Source: Gammaproteobacteria bacterium
GTDB taxonomy: Bacteria > Pseudomonadota > Gammaproteobacteria > Eutrophobiales > Eutrophobiaceae
DNA: 64,000 bases
Direction of reading: 5' to 3'
Assembly: GCA_965116495.1 (NCBI GenBank)
Contig: OZ220696.1
Span: 2,368,001 to 2,432,000, forward strand
A program made the position numbers and the translations under genes. Of the stretch, positions 30,241-39,931 are shown piece after piece (the stretch's first letter is position 1; each line of letters opens with the position of its first letter). Below the pieces are notes generated by a model. That model did not search any database. It had not been told where the DNA came from and worked only from the letters and a program-made list of their open reading frames with translations.

Positions 30241-31176
30241 ATGAGCTACCGGATTATCAAAGATAAAATAGACAACGGTGATATAGTCCTGCTGGATGGG
30301 GGTACCGGCTCAGAGATCGAGCGGCAGGGCGTCAGGATGAATGACCTGGCCTGGTGCGGTGTCGCCCACATGGAACAGCCGGAGGTTGTGCGCCAGGTTC
30401 ATGAGAGTTACATCCGCGCCGGCGCCGATGTGGTTATCGCCAATACATTCGGGACTGCTCCGCACGTGATAAAGCGCCTGGGGCTGGAGGATCAAACCGC
30501 GGAAATTAACCAGTCCGCGGTACGTTTGGCGTTACAGGCGCGTGATAACACCGGACAGGACGTATGTGTTGCCGCGTCCATGTCGTCCATGCCGGCATTC
30601 GATAAATTTTCCGTTCCGAAAACCGACGAGGTGAGGGAAGGGTTTGCCCGGCAGGCGGAGTTGCTCACGGAAGCCGGCGCCGAACTGATTATCACCGAGA
30701 TGATGCGCGACGTGGACATCGCCGGGATGGTTATATCTGCGGCCCGGGCGACGGGAATACCGGTCTGGACGGGTTTCAGCGCCAGCATGGATGACGCCGG
30801 TTCGCTGACCAACTATATGTCAGACGTGCGCGATACGAATACCATGTCGTTCAAACAGATGGCAGAGGATGTCCTCAGTATGGGTTGTGATAGCGCCGGC
30901 GTCATGCATTCCAGTGTCCATGATACCGGTCCGGCACTGGCGGAATTGGGTGAGTTGTGGAACGGCCCCATGTTCGCCTATGCGGAAAGCGGACATTTCG
31001 TCCCGCCAAGCTGGAAGTTTGAAGATATTATTTCTCCAGAGGATTATCTCGGCTATGCCAGGCAATGGATCGGCCAGGGCGTGCAGATAGCAGGCGGCTG
31101 TTGCGGCATCGGACCGGAGCACATCAGGGTGTTGCGGGAGAATCTGTCGGTTATGCCGCTTGATCCCGTCTCGTAA
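30241..31176 (+). CDS. Homocysteine S-methyltransferase family protein
   Basis: LLDGGTGSE, AGADVVIANTF, GGCCGIGPEHI. Confidence 0.92.
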   Translation: MSYRIIKDKIDNGDIVLLDGGTGSEIERQGVRMNDLAWCGVAHMEQPEVVRQVHESYIRAGADVVIANTFGTAPHVIKRLGLEDQTAEINQSAVRLALQARDNTGQDVCVAASMSSMPAFDKFSVPKTDEVREGFARQAELLTEAGAELIITEMMRDVDIAGMVISAARATGIPVWTGFSASMDDAGSLTNYMSDVRDTNTMSFKQMAEDVLSMGCDSAGVMHSSVHDTGPALAELGELWNGPMFAYAESGHFVPPSWKFEDIISPEDYLGYARQWIGQGVQIAGGCCGIGPEHIRVLRENLSVMPLDPVS

Positions 31177-31212
31177 AAAATAACTGAAGACCTCAACTGC
31201 GGAGTCTTTCGC

Positions 31213-32553
31213 TCAGGCCGGTTCGGGTTTTGCGGGCGCGACGCCGGAATAGTCGATAAGTCTGGATTTATACGTTTCTCGCGGCAAGCTCCCGTAAGGC
31301 ACAAGCTGAATGTCGGTTTTGACAAGAAGACGCGCCCGTATCTCATCGGCGATTCGTTGTTGCAAATGGTTTGGCTGCGCTGAATTGTAGTCGCCGAGTT
31401 CGACCACGACGGGAAGCGGTGGTGTTTGTATCACCCCTATTTGCTTCGGCCGCACCTGCATCATGCCTGACACTTCAGGGGTAAACTCCTTGAGTACGCT
31501 GCGGATCGCGGACGGAAATACATTGACGCCGCGCACGATGAGCATGTCATCAGTGCGGCCCACGCAGCGTATCCTGGGGCCGGTCCGGCCGGACGGATTG
31601 GGCTTCATGTTGACAATGACGTGGTCGCGACTCCGAAAACGCAGCAGCGGCATCGCCTCCCGTATCAGCGCCGTATAAACCAGTTCCCCTTTCACACCGT
31701 CTTCCCAGGCGAGCGGAACATTGCTGTCTGGGTCGATGAGCTCAACGTGTACAAAGCCGCGCGCCATGAAGTGCATGCCATCCGCGTCTTCGTCTTCGGC
31801 CCAGGCCGTCAACGTAATATCACCGATCCCCATGGCTTCACGTACCTTGCAACCGAATGCATCTTCAATGCGGTCACGAAGCAAGGGATCCCCGCCTCCC
31901 GGTTCGCCTGCGGTGATCATGTTTTTCAGCCCCAGGGTTTGAGTCCTGATGTCATGTTCACGGCACCAATCGATCAGATACAGGCCGTAGGAGGGGGTGC
32001 AGCTCACCCCCGTCGCCTTTAATGTCTGCATAGCCCCGACCAGCCGTTCCGTATTTCCGGTGCCTACCGGGATCACCGTGCAGCCTATCTTGTCAAATCC
32101 ATTGTAAACAGCCCCCGCTACGAAAGGCCCGGCATTAAATCCGACAACGATGCGTTGACCTCTCGAAAAGCCACCCGCGGTATATCCGCGGGCAGCGTTT
32201 GTTGCGTAAACGTCCAGGTCGTTGCGAGTCAGCCCAAGACGGGACGGCACCCCCGTCGTGCCGCTGGTATTGTAGACTCGCAACAGTTCTTCCGGTGGGC
32301 AAGCCAGGTGGTCGCCGAACGGAGGAGAGGCAGCCTGAGTTGCCCGGATCTCGTCTTTTTCCGTAAATGGCAGACCGGCGATATTATCCAGTTCGCCCAC
32401 CTCGGCGGGACTATGAAAGCCGGCCTCAGTCAGCTTTCGCCGGTAAAATGCGGAGCGGTCGAACAAGTACCGGATTTGTTTCCGGTAGCTCTCCCGATCT
32501 ATTGAGAACTGTTCTTCTAGCGGGCGAGTTTCGATTTCCTGGTCGTACATCAT
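31213..32553 (-). CDS. Phenylacetate-CoA ligase (PaaK)-like acyl-CoA ligase
   Basis: LPFTEKDE, TSGTTG, AGEPG, GRTDDMLIVRGVNVFPS. Confidence 0.88.
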   Translation of the reverse strand: MMYDQEIETRPLEEQFSIDRESYRKQIRYLFDRSAFYRRKLTEAGFHSPAEVGELDNIAGLPFTEKDEIRATQAASPPFGDHLACPPEELLRVYNTSGTTGVPSRLGLTRNDLDVYATNAARGYTAGGFSRGQRIVVGFNAGPFVAGAVYNGFDKIGCTVIPVGTGNTERLVGAMQTLKATGVSCTPSYGLYLIDWCREHDIRTQTLGLKNMITAGEPGGGDPLLRDRIEDAFGCKVREAMGIGDITLTAWAEDEDADGMHFMARGFVHVELIDPDSNVPLAWEDGVKGELVYTALIREAMPLLRFRSRDHVIVNMKPNPSGRTGPRIRCVGRTDDMLIVRGVNVFPSAIRSVLKEFTPEVSGMMQVRPKQIGVIQTPPLPVVVELGDYNSAQPNHLQQRIADEIRARLLVKTDIQLVPYGSLPRETYKSRLIDYSGVAPAKPEPA

Positions 32554-32731
32554 GGGGTTAACTGTATAAATTTTGCGCAACGAAATCCATTTATTTATTG
32601 ACCGCATACTGATATCCGAAAGTATTCCCGGGCATGCCAGCGCTGCGGCGCCGCCTGATTCGATTGTGCTATAGTGATTCTTCCAGGTCTCGTGCCTGCG
32701 TTTTCCCTATTCTCATAACAAGGAGACTTCG

Positions 32732-33502
32732 ATGAGTGGCAATGAAAAACTGCCGCCCGGTACGGCAATCAGCGGGTTTGACGAAGAGAACATCCTGATT
32801 CGGGGAAAGAATCTTGTGAGCGAATTGATGGGCAACTATTCGTTCACTGAATTGTTTTTGCTGCAGGCGCTTGGCAGGGAGGCGACGGACGCGCAATGCC
32901 GCATCGTGGATGCCGTGCTGGTGACCATCATGGAGCACGGTCTGGTACCTTCTTCGATAGCCACAAGGTTGACCCACCTTGGCGCGCCTGAATCGTTTCA
33001 GGGCGCGGTAGCTGCCGGTTTGCTGGGAGTTGGGGATCGCTATGCCGGTACTGCCGGCGAATGCGGAGAGCTGCTGGAACAAATCGTTGCGGCGCCGGCA
33101 CCGGAGCGAAAATCCAAAGCGATTGATAAGGTCAGGGCCTACCGGGAGATGCGCCGTCCAATCCCCGGTTTCGGTCATCCTGTTCACCATGGAGGCGACC
33201 CGCGGGTTGGGAAACTTCTGGAGATCACAAAGGAGACGGGAGTGAGCGGCGATTACCTGCGTGCGCTCGAGATTCTCGAAGTCAGTGTGCGGGAGGTAGT
33301 TAACAAGCCGCTGGTAATGAACGTCAGCGCCGTTATCGCGGCAGCGCTCGGGGAAGCCGGTGTGCCGGCGCCCCTGATGCGCGGTATTGTGCTGATCGCA
33401 CGTTGTGCCGGCCTGGTAGGGCACCTGTTTGAGGAAAAGAACAACCCAATCGGGCAGGAATTGTGGTTCGCTGCGCAGAAGAGTGTCGACTATCAGGACT
33501 GA
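32732..33502 (+). CDS. Citryl-CoA lyase / citrate synthase-like protein
   Basis: IRGKNLVSELMG, EHGLVPS, IPGFGHP, DPR, GLVGH. Confidence 0.88.
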   Translation: MSGNEKLPPGTAISGFDEENILIRGKNLVSELMGNYSFTELFLLQALGREATDAQCRIVDAVLVTIMEHGLVPSSIATRLTHLGAPESFQGAVAAGLLGVGDRYAGTAGECGELLEQIVAAPAPERKSKAIDKVRAYREMRRPIPGFGHPVHHGGDPRVGKLLEITKETGVSGDYLRALEILEVSVREVVNKPLVMNVSAVIAAALGEAGVPAPLMRGIVLIARCAGLVGHLFEEKNNPIGQELWFAAQKSVDYQD

Positions 33503-34245
33503 TTACTAGTACTCTTTCCAGGTTTGGGCAACGCAGCTACGGTAGTTTCAATCCATTCCTCTACTTCCCGGGTGATCTGCGCGGCTTTCTTCCCCCGGGT
33601 GTGGACAGGTGCGCCGATTACCATCCGTATGGTGCCGGGCCATTTCAGAAAGCTGTTGCGGGGCCACAGGTAGCCGGCATTGTGCGCAATCGGGATGACG
33701 GGACGACCGGATTTTTCTGCCAGCATACCGCCGCCAGGGTAGTATTTCTGCCGTTTGCCGGGTGCAATCCGAGTGCCTTCCGGGAAGACAACCACCCATA
33801 AACCCGCGTTCAACCGTTCTACACCCTGACGCACGAGCTGCTTCAATGAGCGCACCCCCAGGGATCGGTCAATAGCAATGGGTCGCATGGTTGCCAGACC
33901 CCAGCCGTAGATCGGGATCCATAGCAATTCCCGCTTCAGTATCCAGACCTGGGGCGGAAACAATAACTGGATAACCAGGGTCTCCCAGGTGGATTGATGT
34001 TTGCACATGATGATGGCGGGTTGATCGATAATATTTTCCAATCCTTCTATCTCCGGGGTGATGTTGCAAACAGTGTGCAACCACCACAGGTTGAACCTGG
34101 CCCAGTTGGATACCAGGCGAAACCTGATGGGGAAAGGTACCGCCAGCAGGATGAAAGTGATGGGAACAGCGATGAGAATGGAAATTACCATTCCCAGCAG
34201 GAATATCGATGACCTGATGAAGACAGGAAAGGCTGGATAATTCAT
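33493..34245 (-). CDS. plsC: 1-acyl-sn-glycerol-3-phosphate acyltransferase
   Basis: KHQSTWET, FPEGTR; conserved position after gmhB. Confidence 0.9.
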   Translation of the reverse strand: MNYPAFPVFIRSSIFLLGMVISILIAVPITFILLAVPFPIRFRLVSNWARFNLWWLHTVCNITPEIEGLENIIDQPAIIMCKHQSTWETLVIQLLFPPQVWILKRELLWIPIYGWGLATMRPIAIDRSLGVRSLKQLVRQGVERLNAGLWVVVFPEGTRIAPGKRQKYYPGGGMLAEKSGRPVIPIAHNAGYLWPRNSFLKWPGTIRMVIGAPVHTRGKKAAQITREVEEWIETTVAALPKPGKSTSNQS

Positions 34246-34250
34246 TATTG

Positions 34251-34790
34251 TTACCTGCCGGCAAGCAAATCCGCTGTTGCCTGTGCCAAGTCATCATAGA
34301 CAGGAATATCGTCCGGGATCAGGCCTTCATCCAGTTGTTTTTGTCCTTTGCCGGTCCTGACCAGGATGGGCCTGGCGCCGACGGCCTGCGCGGCCTGGAT
34401 GTCGCTCAGCCGATCACCTATGACGGGAACACCGTGCAGGGACGTATGCAGTCTTCTCTCAATATCCCTGAATAATCCAGGTTCTGGTTTACGGCAGGCG
34501 CAACCCTCGTCAGGGTCATGGGGACAGAAGAAAATGCCATCAATCACCCCACCGAACTGGGCCAGGTGGGTATGCATTTTCTTGTGAATCCTGTTCAACT
34601 CTCTGAGTGTCAGCTTGCCCCTGGCCAGCCCTGACTGGTTGGTTGCAGTGACGACATGAAAACCACTGTGGTTAAGCCGTGCGATTGCCTGCAGGCTGCC
34701 GGGGATTGCCTGCCATTCCTGCTCCGTCTTGATGAAGTCGTGAGAGTCCTGGTTAATCACGCCGTCCATATCGAGGATTATCAGCTTCAT
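34251..34790 (-). CDS. gmhB: D-glycero-beta-D-manno-heptose 1,7-bisphosphate 7-phosphatase
   Basis: DMDGVIN, TNQSG, CPH..CACRKP, GDRLSD. Confidence 0.92.
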   Translation of the reverse strand: MKLIILDMDGVINQDSHDFIKTEQEWQAIPGSLQAIARLNHSGFHVVTATNQSGLARGKLTLRELNRIHKKMHTHLAQFGGVIDGIFFCPHDPDEGCACRKPEPGLFRDIERRLHTSLHGVPVIGDRLSDIQAAQAVGARPILVRTGKGQKQLDEGLIPDDIPVYDDLAQATADLLAGR

Positions 34791-36856
34791 TGCAGTCTGG
34801 AGACGTCCGCGCTGGTAAGGAACAGTTTTCTCAACTCGCTTAATAAGGCGAGGCGGTTATTTCTCAGCATCTTGTCATCGCATAAGACCATCACTTCATC
34901 AAAAAAGGCGTCCACCTGATCTCTCAGGCCGGCCAGGGCTGACAGTACGGCGCCGTAATCGGCGCGTCCGATGTGCTTCCCTGCCCCACATGCATGCATC
35001 TGTTTATAGAGATCCATTTCCGTTTTTTCAACCAGCAATGTTTCATCCGCCCCGGTATCGCCGCTATAGTCTGCCTGTTTAAGGATATTCCGGATACGCT
35101 TGTTGGCTGTCACCAGGCTGTCTGCTTCGGGTAACTGCAGGAACTCGCCCACCGCGAGAACCCTCAGGTTGAAGTCATGGGGCCGGGTTGGCCGGCACGC
35201 CTGTACCGCGTCGAACACGGCAGGACTGACACCGTTATCGAGGTAATAACGCCGCAGTCTCTCCAGCATAAAATCAAATACCCCGGATTCTATAGACCGG
35301 GTATTGACAGCGTCAGGAAAAGTGCCGGCAGAATGCGCTATACAGGCTTCAAGGTCCAGGGGCAATGCACATTCAATCATGATCCGCAAACACCCCAGGG
35401 CGGCTCGGCGCAGGCCAAAGGGATCCTTGTCACCGGTGGGCGCCTTACCGATGGCAAAAATCCCTGTCAGGGTATCCAGTTTGTCGGCCAGCGCAAGTAT
35501 CCTGCCTGTATCGGTTTCCGGCAGTCCGGCACCGGCATACCTGGGCATGTACTGTTCATCAAGCGCCTGGGCGACTTCCGGCTGTTCATTGCTCTCCAGG
35601 GCGTAATAGCGTCCCATAATCCCCTGCAATTCCGGAAACTCACCAACCATATCGGTCATCAGGTCGCATTTCGCCAAATGGGATGCGCGCTCGACCAGGT
35701 CCGGCTCGATGCCCAGTTGTCCCGCCATATACCCCCCGAGGCTTTTGATGCGCGCAGTCCTGTCGGCAAGCGTTCCCAGCTTTTGCTGGAAGACAACCTT
35801 TTCCGTGCGTGAGTTGAACTGCTCCAGTGGTTGCTTGCGATCCCGCTCCCAGAAAAAGGCAGCGTCACTCAGCCGCGGCCGGATGACCCGTTCATTACCC
35901 TGTCTGACTACGTCAGGGGACGCGCTGTCAATATTGGCTATGGTAATAAAACTGGCAGTCAATTCTCCCGTGTCCGGATGCAGAACCGGAAAGTATTTCT
36001 GGTGTGACTGCATGGTGGCGATAAGCACCTCCCGGGGGAGTTTGAGGAACTCATCATCGAACGATCCGGATATGGCGACGGGCCATTCCACCAGCGCGGT
36101 TGCCTCATCAAGCAGGTCCTCATCGATCAATGCCTGCCCTCCACAAGCCCGGGCAGCTTCAACTACGGATTGCCTGATTTGTTTCTTCCTCTCCCCGAAA
36201 TCGGCGACGACACGGCCTTCAGCGAGCAGCCTGTCCAAATACTCGCCGGCAAGCGGCAGGCTTATCGCTCCAGGATGGTGAAAACGGTGGCCGCGGGTTT
36301 CCCGTCCTGTTTCTATTCCCAGGACGGTTGTGCGGATGACATCATTGCCTAACAGCAGAACCACCCAATGGACGGGCCTGACGAACTCGGTGTCGCCATC
36401 CCCCCAGCGCATGCGTTTTGATATGGGTAACCCGGCAAGTGTCCGATCGATGATGTCCGGTACCAGTTCGGCGCTACGGGCTCCCTGCACCAGGGCATTG
36501 TATGACAGCCAGCTGCCCTTGTCCGTTTCCAGGCGCTCCAGGTCTGCAACCGTTACCCCACATGAACGGGCAAAGCCCTCCGCAGCCCGGGTGGGGTTGC
36601 CCGCCTGGTCATAGGCCGAAGCGATTGCCGGCCCGCGTTTTACTACCTGCCTGTCCGCCTGGGTAACCACAAGGTCACGCACCATGACTGCAAGCCGGCG
36701 TGGGGAGGCACACCAGAAATAATCACCGTGGGCAAGGTCCTTATCCTGCAATCCCCCATGGATGCCTTCGGCAAGGGCAGCAGCCAACCTGGTTAACGAC
36801 TTCGGCGGTAACTCTTCCACCCCTATTTCGAGCAGTAAATCTTTTTTGTCAGTGAT
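34787..36856 (-). CDS. glyS: Glycine-tRNA ligase beta subunit; homology extends to an ATC at 36856
   Basis: LLLEIGVEELP, KRMRWG, EFPELQGIMG, DPFGLRR, NRLALL. Confidence 0.95.
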   Translation of the reverse strand: MTDKKDLLLEIGVEELPPKSLTRLAAALAEGIHGGLQDKDLAHGDYFWCASPRRLAVMVRDLVVTQADRQVVKRGPAIASAYDQAGNPTRAAEGFARSCGVTVADLERLETDKGSWLSYNALVQGARSAELVPDIIDRTLAGLPISKRMRWGDGDTEFVRPVHWVVLLLGNDVIRTTVLGIETGRETRGHRFHHPGAISLPLAGEYLDRLLAEGRVVADFGERKKQIRQSVVEAARACGGQALIDEDLLDEATALVEWPVAISGSFDDEFLKLPREVLIATMQSHQKYFPVLHPDTGELTASFITIANIDSASPDVVRQGNERVIRPRLSDAAFFWERDRKQPLEQFNSRTEKVVFQQKLGTLADRTARIKSLGGYMAGQLGIEPDLVERASHLAKCDLMTDMVGEFPELQGIMGRYYALESNEQPEVAQALDEQYMPRYAGAGLPETDTGRILALADKLDTLTGIFAIGKAPTGDKDPFGLRRAALGCLRIMIECALPLDLEACIAHSAGTFPDAVNTRSIESGVFDFMLERLRRYYLDNGVSPAVFDAVQACRPTRPHDFNLRVLAVGEFLQLPEADSLVTANKRIRNILKQADYSGDTGADETLLVEKTEMDLYKQMHACGAGKHIGRADYGAVLSALAGLRDQVDAFFDEVMVLCDDKMLRNNRLALLSELRKLFLTSADVSRLQ

Positions 36857-36876
36857 ATCTGTGTCCTCTGATGCTG

Positions 36877-37755
36877 TTATTTACGTAATGGAAATCCCAG
36901 TTGTTCCCGCTTGTCGTAATAACTCCGGGCTACCGCACGCGCCGTTGTTCTGACCCTCAGTATGAAGCGTTGTCGTTCGGTAACACTGATGGCATGCCTG
37001 GCATCCAACAGGTTGAAGATATGGGATGCTTTCAATACCAGTTCGTAAGCGGGCAAGGGCAGGTCTTCCTCAACCAGTTCCTGGCACTGGGCTTCACATT
37101 CGTCGAACCAGCGGAACAGGCTTTCCGTGTCTGCCTTCTCGAAATTATAGGTGGACATTTCCACTTCATCCTGGTGGTGGATAGCGCCGTAGGTTACCGA
37201 GCCGTCGTCGGCATCGGACCAGACCAGGTCGTACACATTATCCACGTTTTGCAGGTAGACGGCTATTCGTTCCAGGCCGTAGGTGATCTCACCGGAAACC
37301 GGTCTGCACTCCAGCCCTCCGACCTGTTGAAAATAAGTGAACTGGCTTATCTCCATACCATTCAGCCAGACTTCCCAGCCCAGTCCCCAGGCGCCCAGGG
37401 TCGGTGATTCCCAATTGTCTTCGATGAACCGGACATCATGGGTGAGCGTATCGATTCCCAGGTGTTGTAACGATTTCAGGTAGAGTTCCTGGATATCAGC
37501 CGGCGAGGGCTTTAATATCACCTGGAACTGGTAGTAGCGTTGCAGGCGGTTTGGGTTTTCGCCATAACGCCCGTCTGCAGGCCGTCTGGAAGGTTGCACG
37601 TACGCGGCATTCCAGGGTTCCGGGCCGATAGCGCGCAGGAAAGTGGCCGGATGAAAAGTGCCGGCGCCCACTTCCATATCATAGGGTTGTTGTATGACGC
37701 AACCCTGCTCTGACCAGTACTGCTGCAAGGTAACAATCAAATCCTGGAACGTCAT
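36877..37755 (-). CDS. glyQ: Glycine-tRNA ligase alpha subunit
   Basis: [34 protein letters not shown]. Confidence 0.97.
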   Translation of the reverse strand: MTFQDLIVTLQQYWSEQGCVIQQPYDMEVGAGTFHPATFLRAIGPEPWNAAYVQPSRRPADGRYGENPNRLQRYYQFQVILKPSPADIQELYLKSLQHLGIDTLTHDVRFIEDNWESPTLGAWGLGWEVWLNGMEISQFTYFQQVGGLECRPVSGEITYGLERIAVYLQNVDNVYDLVWSDADDGSVTYGAIHHQDEVEMSTYNFEKADTESLFRWFDECEAQCQELVEEDLPLPAYELVLKASHIFNLLDARHAISVTERQRFILRVRTTARAVARSYYDKREQLGFPLRK

Positions 37756-37819
37756 TGTCTATGAGTAGTCTTTTTTGAATATAAACCACGGAGAACATTT
37801 ACAGCCGCCACTATTTTAA

Positions 37820-38058
37820 CCCGGATTTCTCACCAGTTGATGCGAAGATCGCGCCGGATTTTTTGCGCCAGCGGGCACCTGCGACCGAAAGCATAGCCGT
37901 AGCTATGGTTGAGGAAGCACGTGCGCGCTGGCGCAAAAAAGACAAGCGAGGGCGTATCAAGCGCAGTCTGCTATGTCGTTATAGTGAGCAGACTATCATA
38001 ACGTATTAACAGCAAACAACTATCCGATGATGACAAGCGGACTGGTGAGAAATCCGGG
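37820..38058. mobile_element. MITE-like element (239 bp)
   Basis: Perfect 18-bp terminal IRs CCCGGATTTCTCACCAGT, flanked on both sides by TTAA; internal stem TTTTTTGCGCCAGCG / CGCTGGCGCAAAAAA; no ORF. Confidence 0.8.
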
Positions 38059-38070
38059 TTAACAGGGTAG

Positions 38071-38099
38071 AAATAAAAAAGCCGCCCTCTCGGGCGGCT
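38071..38099 (-). terminator. Rho-independent terminator downstream of the phasin gene
   Basis: AGCCGCCC-GAGA-GGGCGGCT followed by a T run on the minus strand. Confidence 0.85.
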
Positions 38100-38155
38100 G
38101 ACCAACCGCAAGCTTTGGGGGGAAAGCCAGCGGTAAGGAGGGAAAGGTTGACTGC

Positions 38156-38539
38156 TTATTTGCTTCTGGAAGCAGCTTTCGCGGCCGTTGCCGGTTCAGT
38201 CCTGGCTGCCGCAGCTTTCATGATAGTCTCAGGCTTGATGGTTTCCGTCATGATCTGCTGTACCTTGTCGGTATAGCTGGTGCCAAGCTCCAGGGCGGCC
38301 TGTGTGTCTTTAACAAAACGTTCACCAAGAGATTTCGCCAGTTCAGCCTGGTCGGTAAAGTATTTCTTCAGACCATCGACGTCCTTGATATCGGCTGCAG
38401 ACTTCAACTGCTCTACGCCAAGCCTGGTGGTGTCATTGATTGACTTCAGTTGAATGTCCAGCAATTTTTCAACGTTTTCCAGTGCCAGGGTGTTAATCTC
38501 CCTGACGGGTTCCAAGTATTTTTCGGTTTGTACATTCAT
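38156..38539 (-). CDS. phaP: Phasin (PHA granule-associated protein)
   Basis: Amphipathic helical protein, LALENVEKLLDIQL, Ala-rich tail; TGC-N3-GCA boxes upstream. Confidence 0.8.
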   Translation of the reverse strand: MNVQTEKYLEPVREINTLALENVEKLLDIQLKSINDTTRLGVEQLKSAADIKDVDGLKKYFTDQAELAKSLGERFVKDTQAALELGTSYTDKVQQIMTETIKPETIMKAAAARTEPATAAKAASRSK

Positions 38540-38568
38540 AGCGGATATTTCCTCTGTCTAGTTAATGT

Positions 38569-38604
38569 TGCAACGCATCATAACCGAATAATTTGTGCGA
38601 TGCA
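38569..38604 (-). promoter_or_regulatory. Two PhaR-type boxes upstream of phaP
   Basis: TGCATCGCACAA (minus, 38593-38604) and TGCGTTGCA (minus, 38569-38577). Confidence 0.6.
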
Positions 38605-38827
38605 ACAGAAAATTACAATTTTTTGAAAAAAACCGTAACTTTTTATTTATCCATATAAAACATATGGTTATAAAAAAATAATAGGTTTTTATGATTCGTG
38701 GTTGATGTGAAAATACAAATATTGTCCGAGAAAATACCGATCTAGTCAGTGATTCCAACGCTACAGGCGCGCCCCTGCATGCTGTAATCAGGGCTTCCCC
38801 GAACTATCTGTCGGGAGTGTCGAACTA

Positions 38828-39931
38828 TTATTCTGCGTCCTCTGCGGCTTCAGTTTCCGGATCGCGTACCAGGCCGGACAGGGACTGGTTGAACAGTTCC
38901 GCCTTTGAGGTGGATAACCGGTAGGCCCACCCTTGTACCAGTTTGTTCAATGTTTCGGCTTCCTGCTCCGGAGTTACTTCAACTTCCTCTTCAGCATCAT
39001 TCTCGCCGGCTTCTTCATCTGCCCCGTCAGTACCGGCCATACGGTCAGTATCAGCAGCAAACGAAAATTGCGCATAGGCATGCTCCCCGCTTTTCATCAC
39101 CTTTACGTTTGCTGTCAGACCATCAAACGTTGTCACATCGATAATTGAAGCAGGCCTGGTGGAATCAATACTGTCCGCCTTTCTCACCCCGTCCACGAAT
39201 ATGTTTTCCAGTACGGTCCCCATACGACTGACCAGATACTCGGATTGTTGCTCCTTGCCCTCCGGGATGTTCTGCAATTCAAGGTCGTCGGCAGGACCGT
39301 CCTTTTTCAGAATTGCCTCCCGCCTGTCTGCCGGTTGTATATGGACACTATTGACCCGGTCTCCTTCGATATTGATGATATCCCGTTTGATCCACTGAAT
39401 AACATCTGCGCTGACAGTCAGCCTGCCTTCCACCAGCAGCGCCTGTTGCCGGCTGGGTATGCGTACATACAAACCCGGGGCGCTTGACGCGGATTTGCTT
39501 CTCCTGGCCTGGCCGGCTATCAGTGTTGCCAGTTCATCCCCGTCGGCATTCAGCGTCAACAGGTGAGAGGTGGCGCCCAGGCTGTCAGGGTCTTCAACAC
39601 CCAGTCTCTTGTAGAGGTCGGGATTGTTTGTCTTTTCCGCAACCACCTGAAGGCCTGAAACGGCAAGTACGGTTTGCTTTACCTTGTCCACCAGGGCGGG
39701 GTAATCATCCGCTTCCGCTATACTCCATTTCCCCGCTACACGGTGTACAGTCAATGTGGTCTGACCGTCATGGACAAGCAGTTCGTTCACGTCGTTAATT
39801 CTCTGTGAAAGTTCCGGGAAAAGGCTGGTTTTTTCCTTGCTTGTCTGTGGCGCCCTTTGTTGACTGACGATAACCGCCGCAATCACGACAATAAGAGTCA
39901 GTGCCGTAACGATAATGTTCCTGTTCTTCAT
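38828..39931 (-). CDS. DUF4340-domain protein of the Gld-like ABC operon
   Basis: N-terminal TM, LFPEL, DDYPA, KRLGVEDP; operon context. Confidence 0.82.
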   Translation of the reverse strand: MKNRNIIVTALTLIVVIAAVIVSQQRAPQTSKEKTSLFPELSQRINDVNELLVHDGQTTLTVHRVAGKWSIAEADDYPALVDKVKQTVLAVSGLQVVAEKTNNPDLYKRLGVEDPDSLGATSHLLTLNADGDELATLIAGQARRSKSASSAPGLYVRIPSRQQALLVEGRLTVSADVIQWIKRDIINIEGDRVNSVHIQPADRREAILKKDGPADDLELQNIPEGKEQQSEYLVSRMGTVLENIFVDGVRKADSIDSTRPASIIDVTTFDGLTANVKVMKSGEHAYAQFSFAADTDRMAGTDGADEEAGENDAEEEVEVTPEQEAETLNKLVQGWAYRLSTSKAELFNQSLSGLVRDPETEAAEDAE

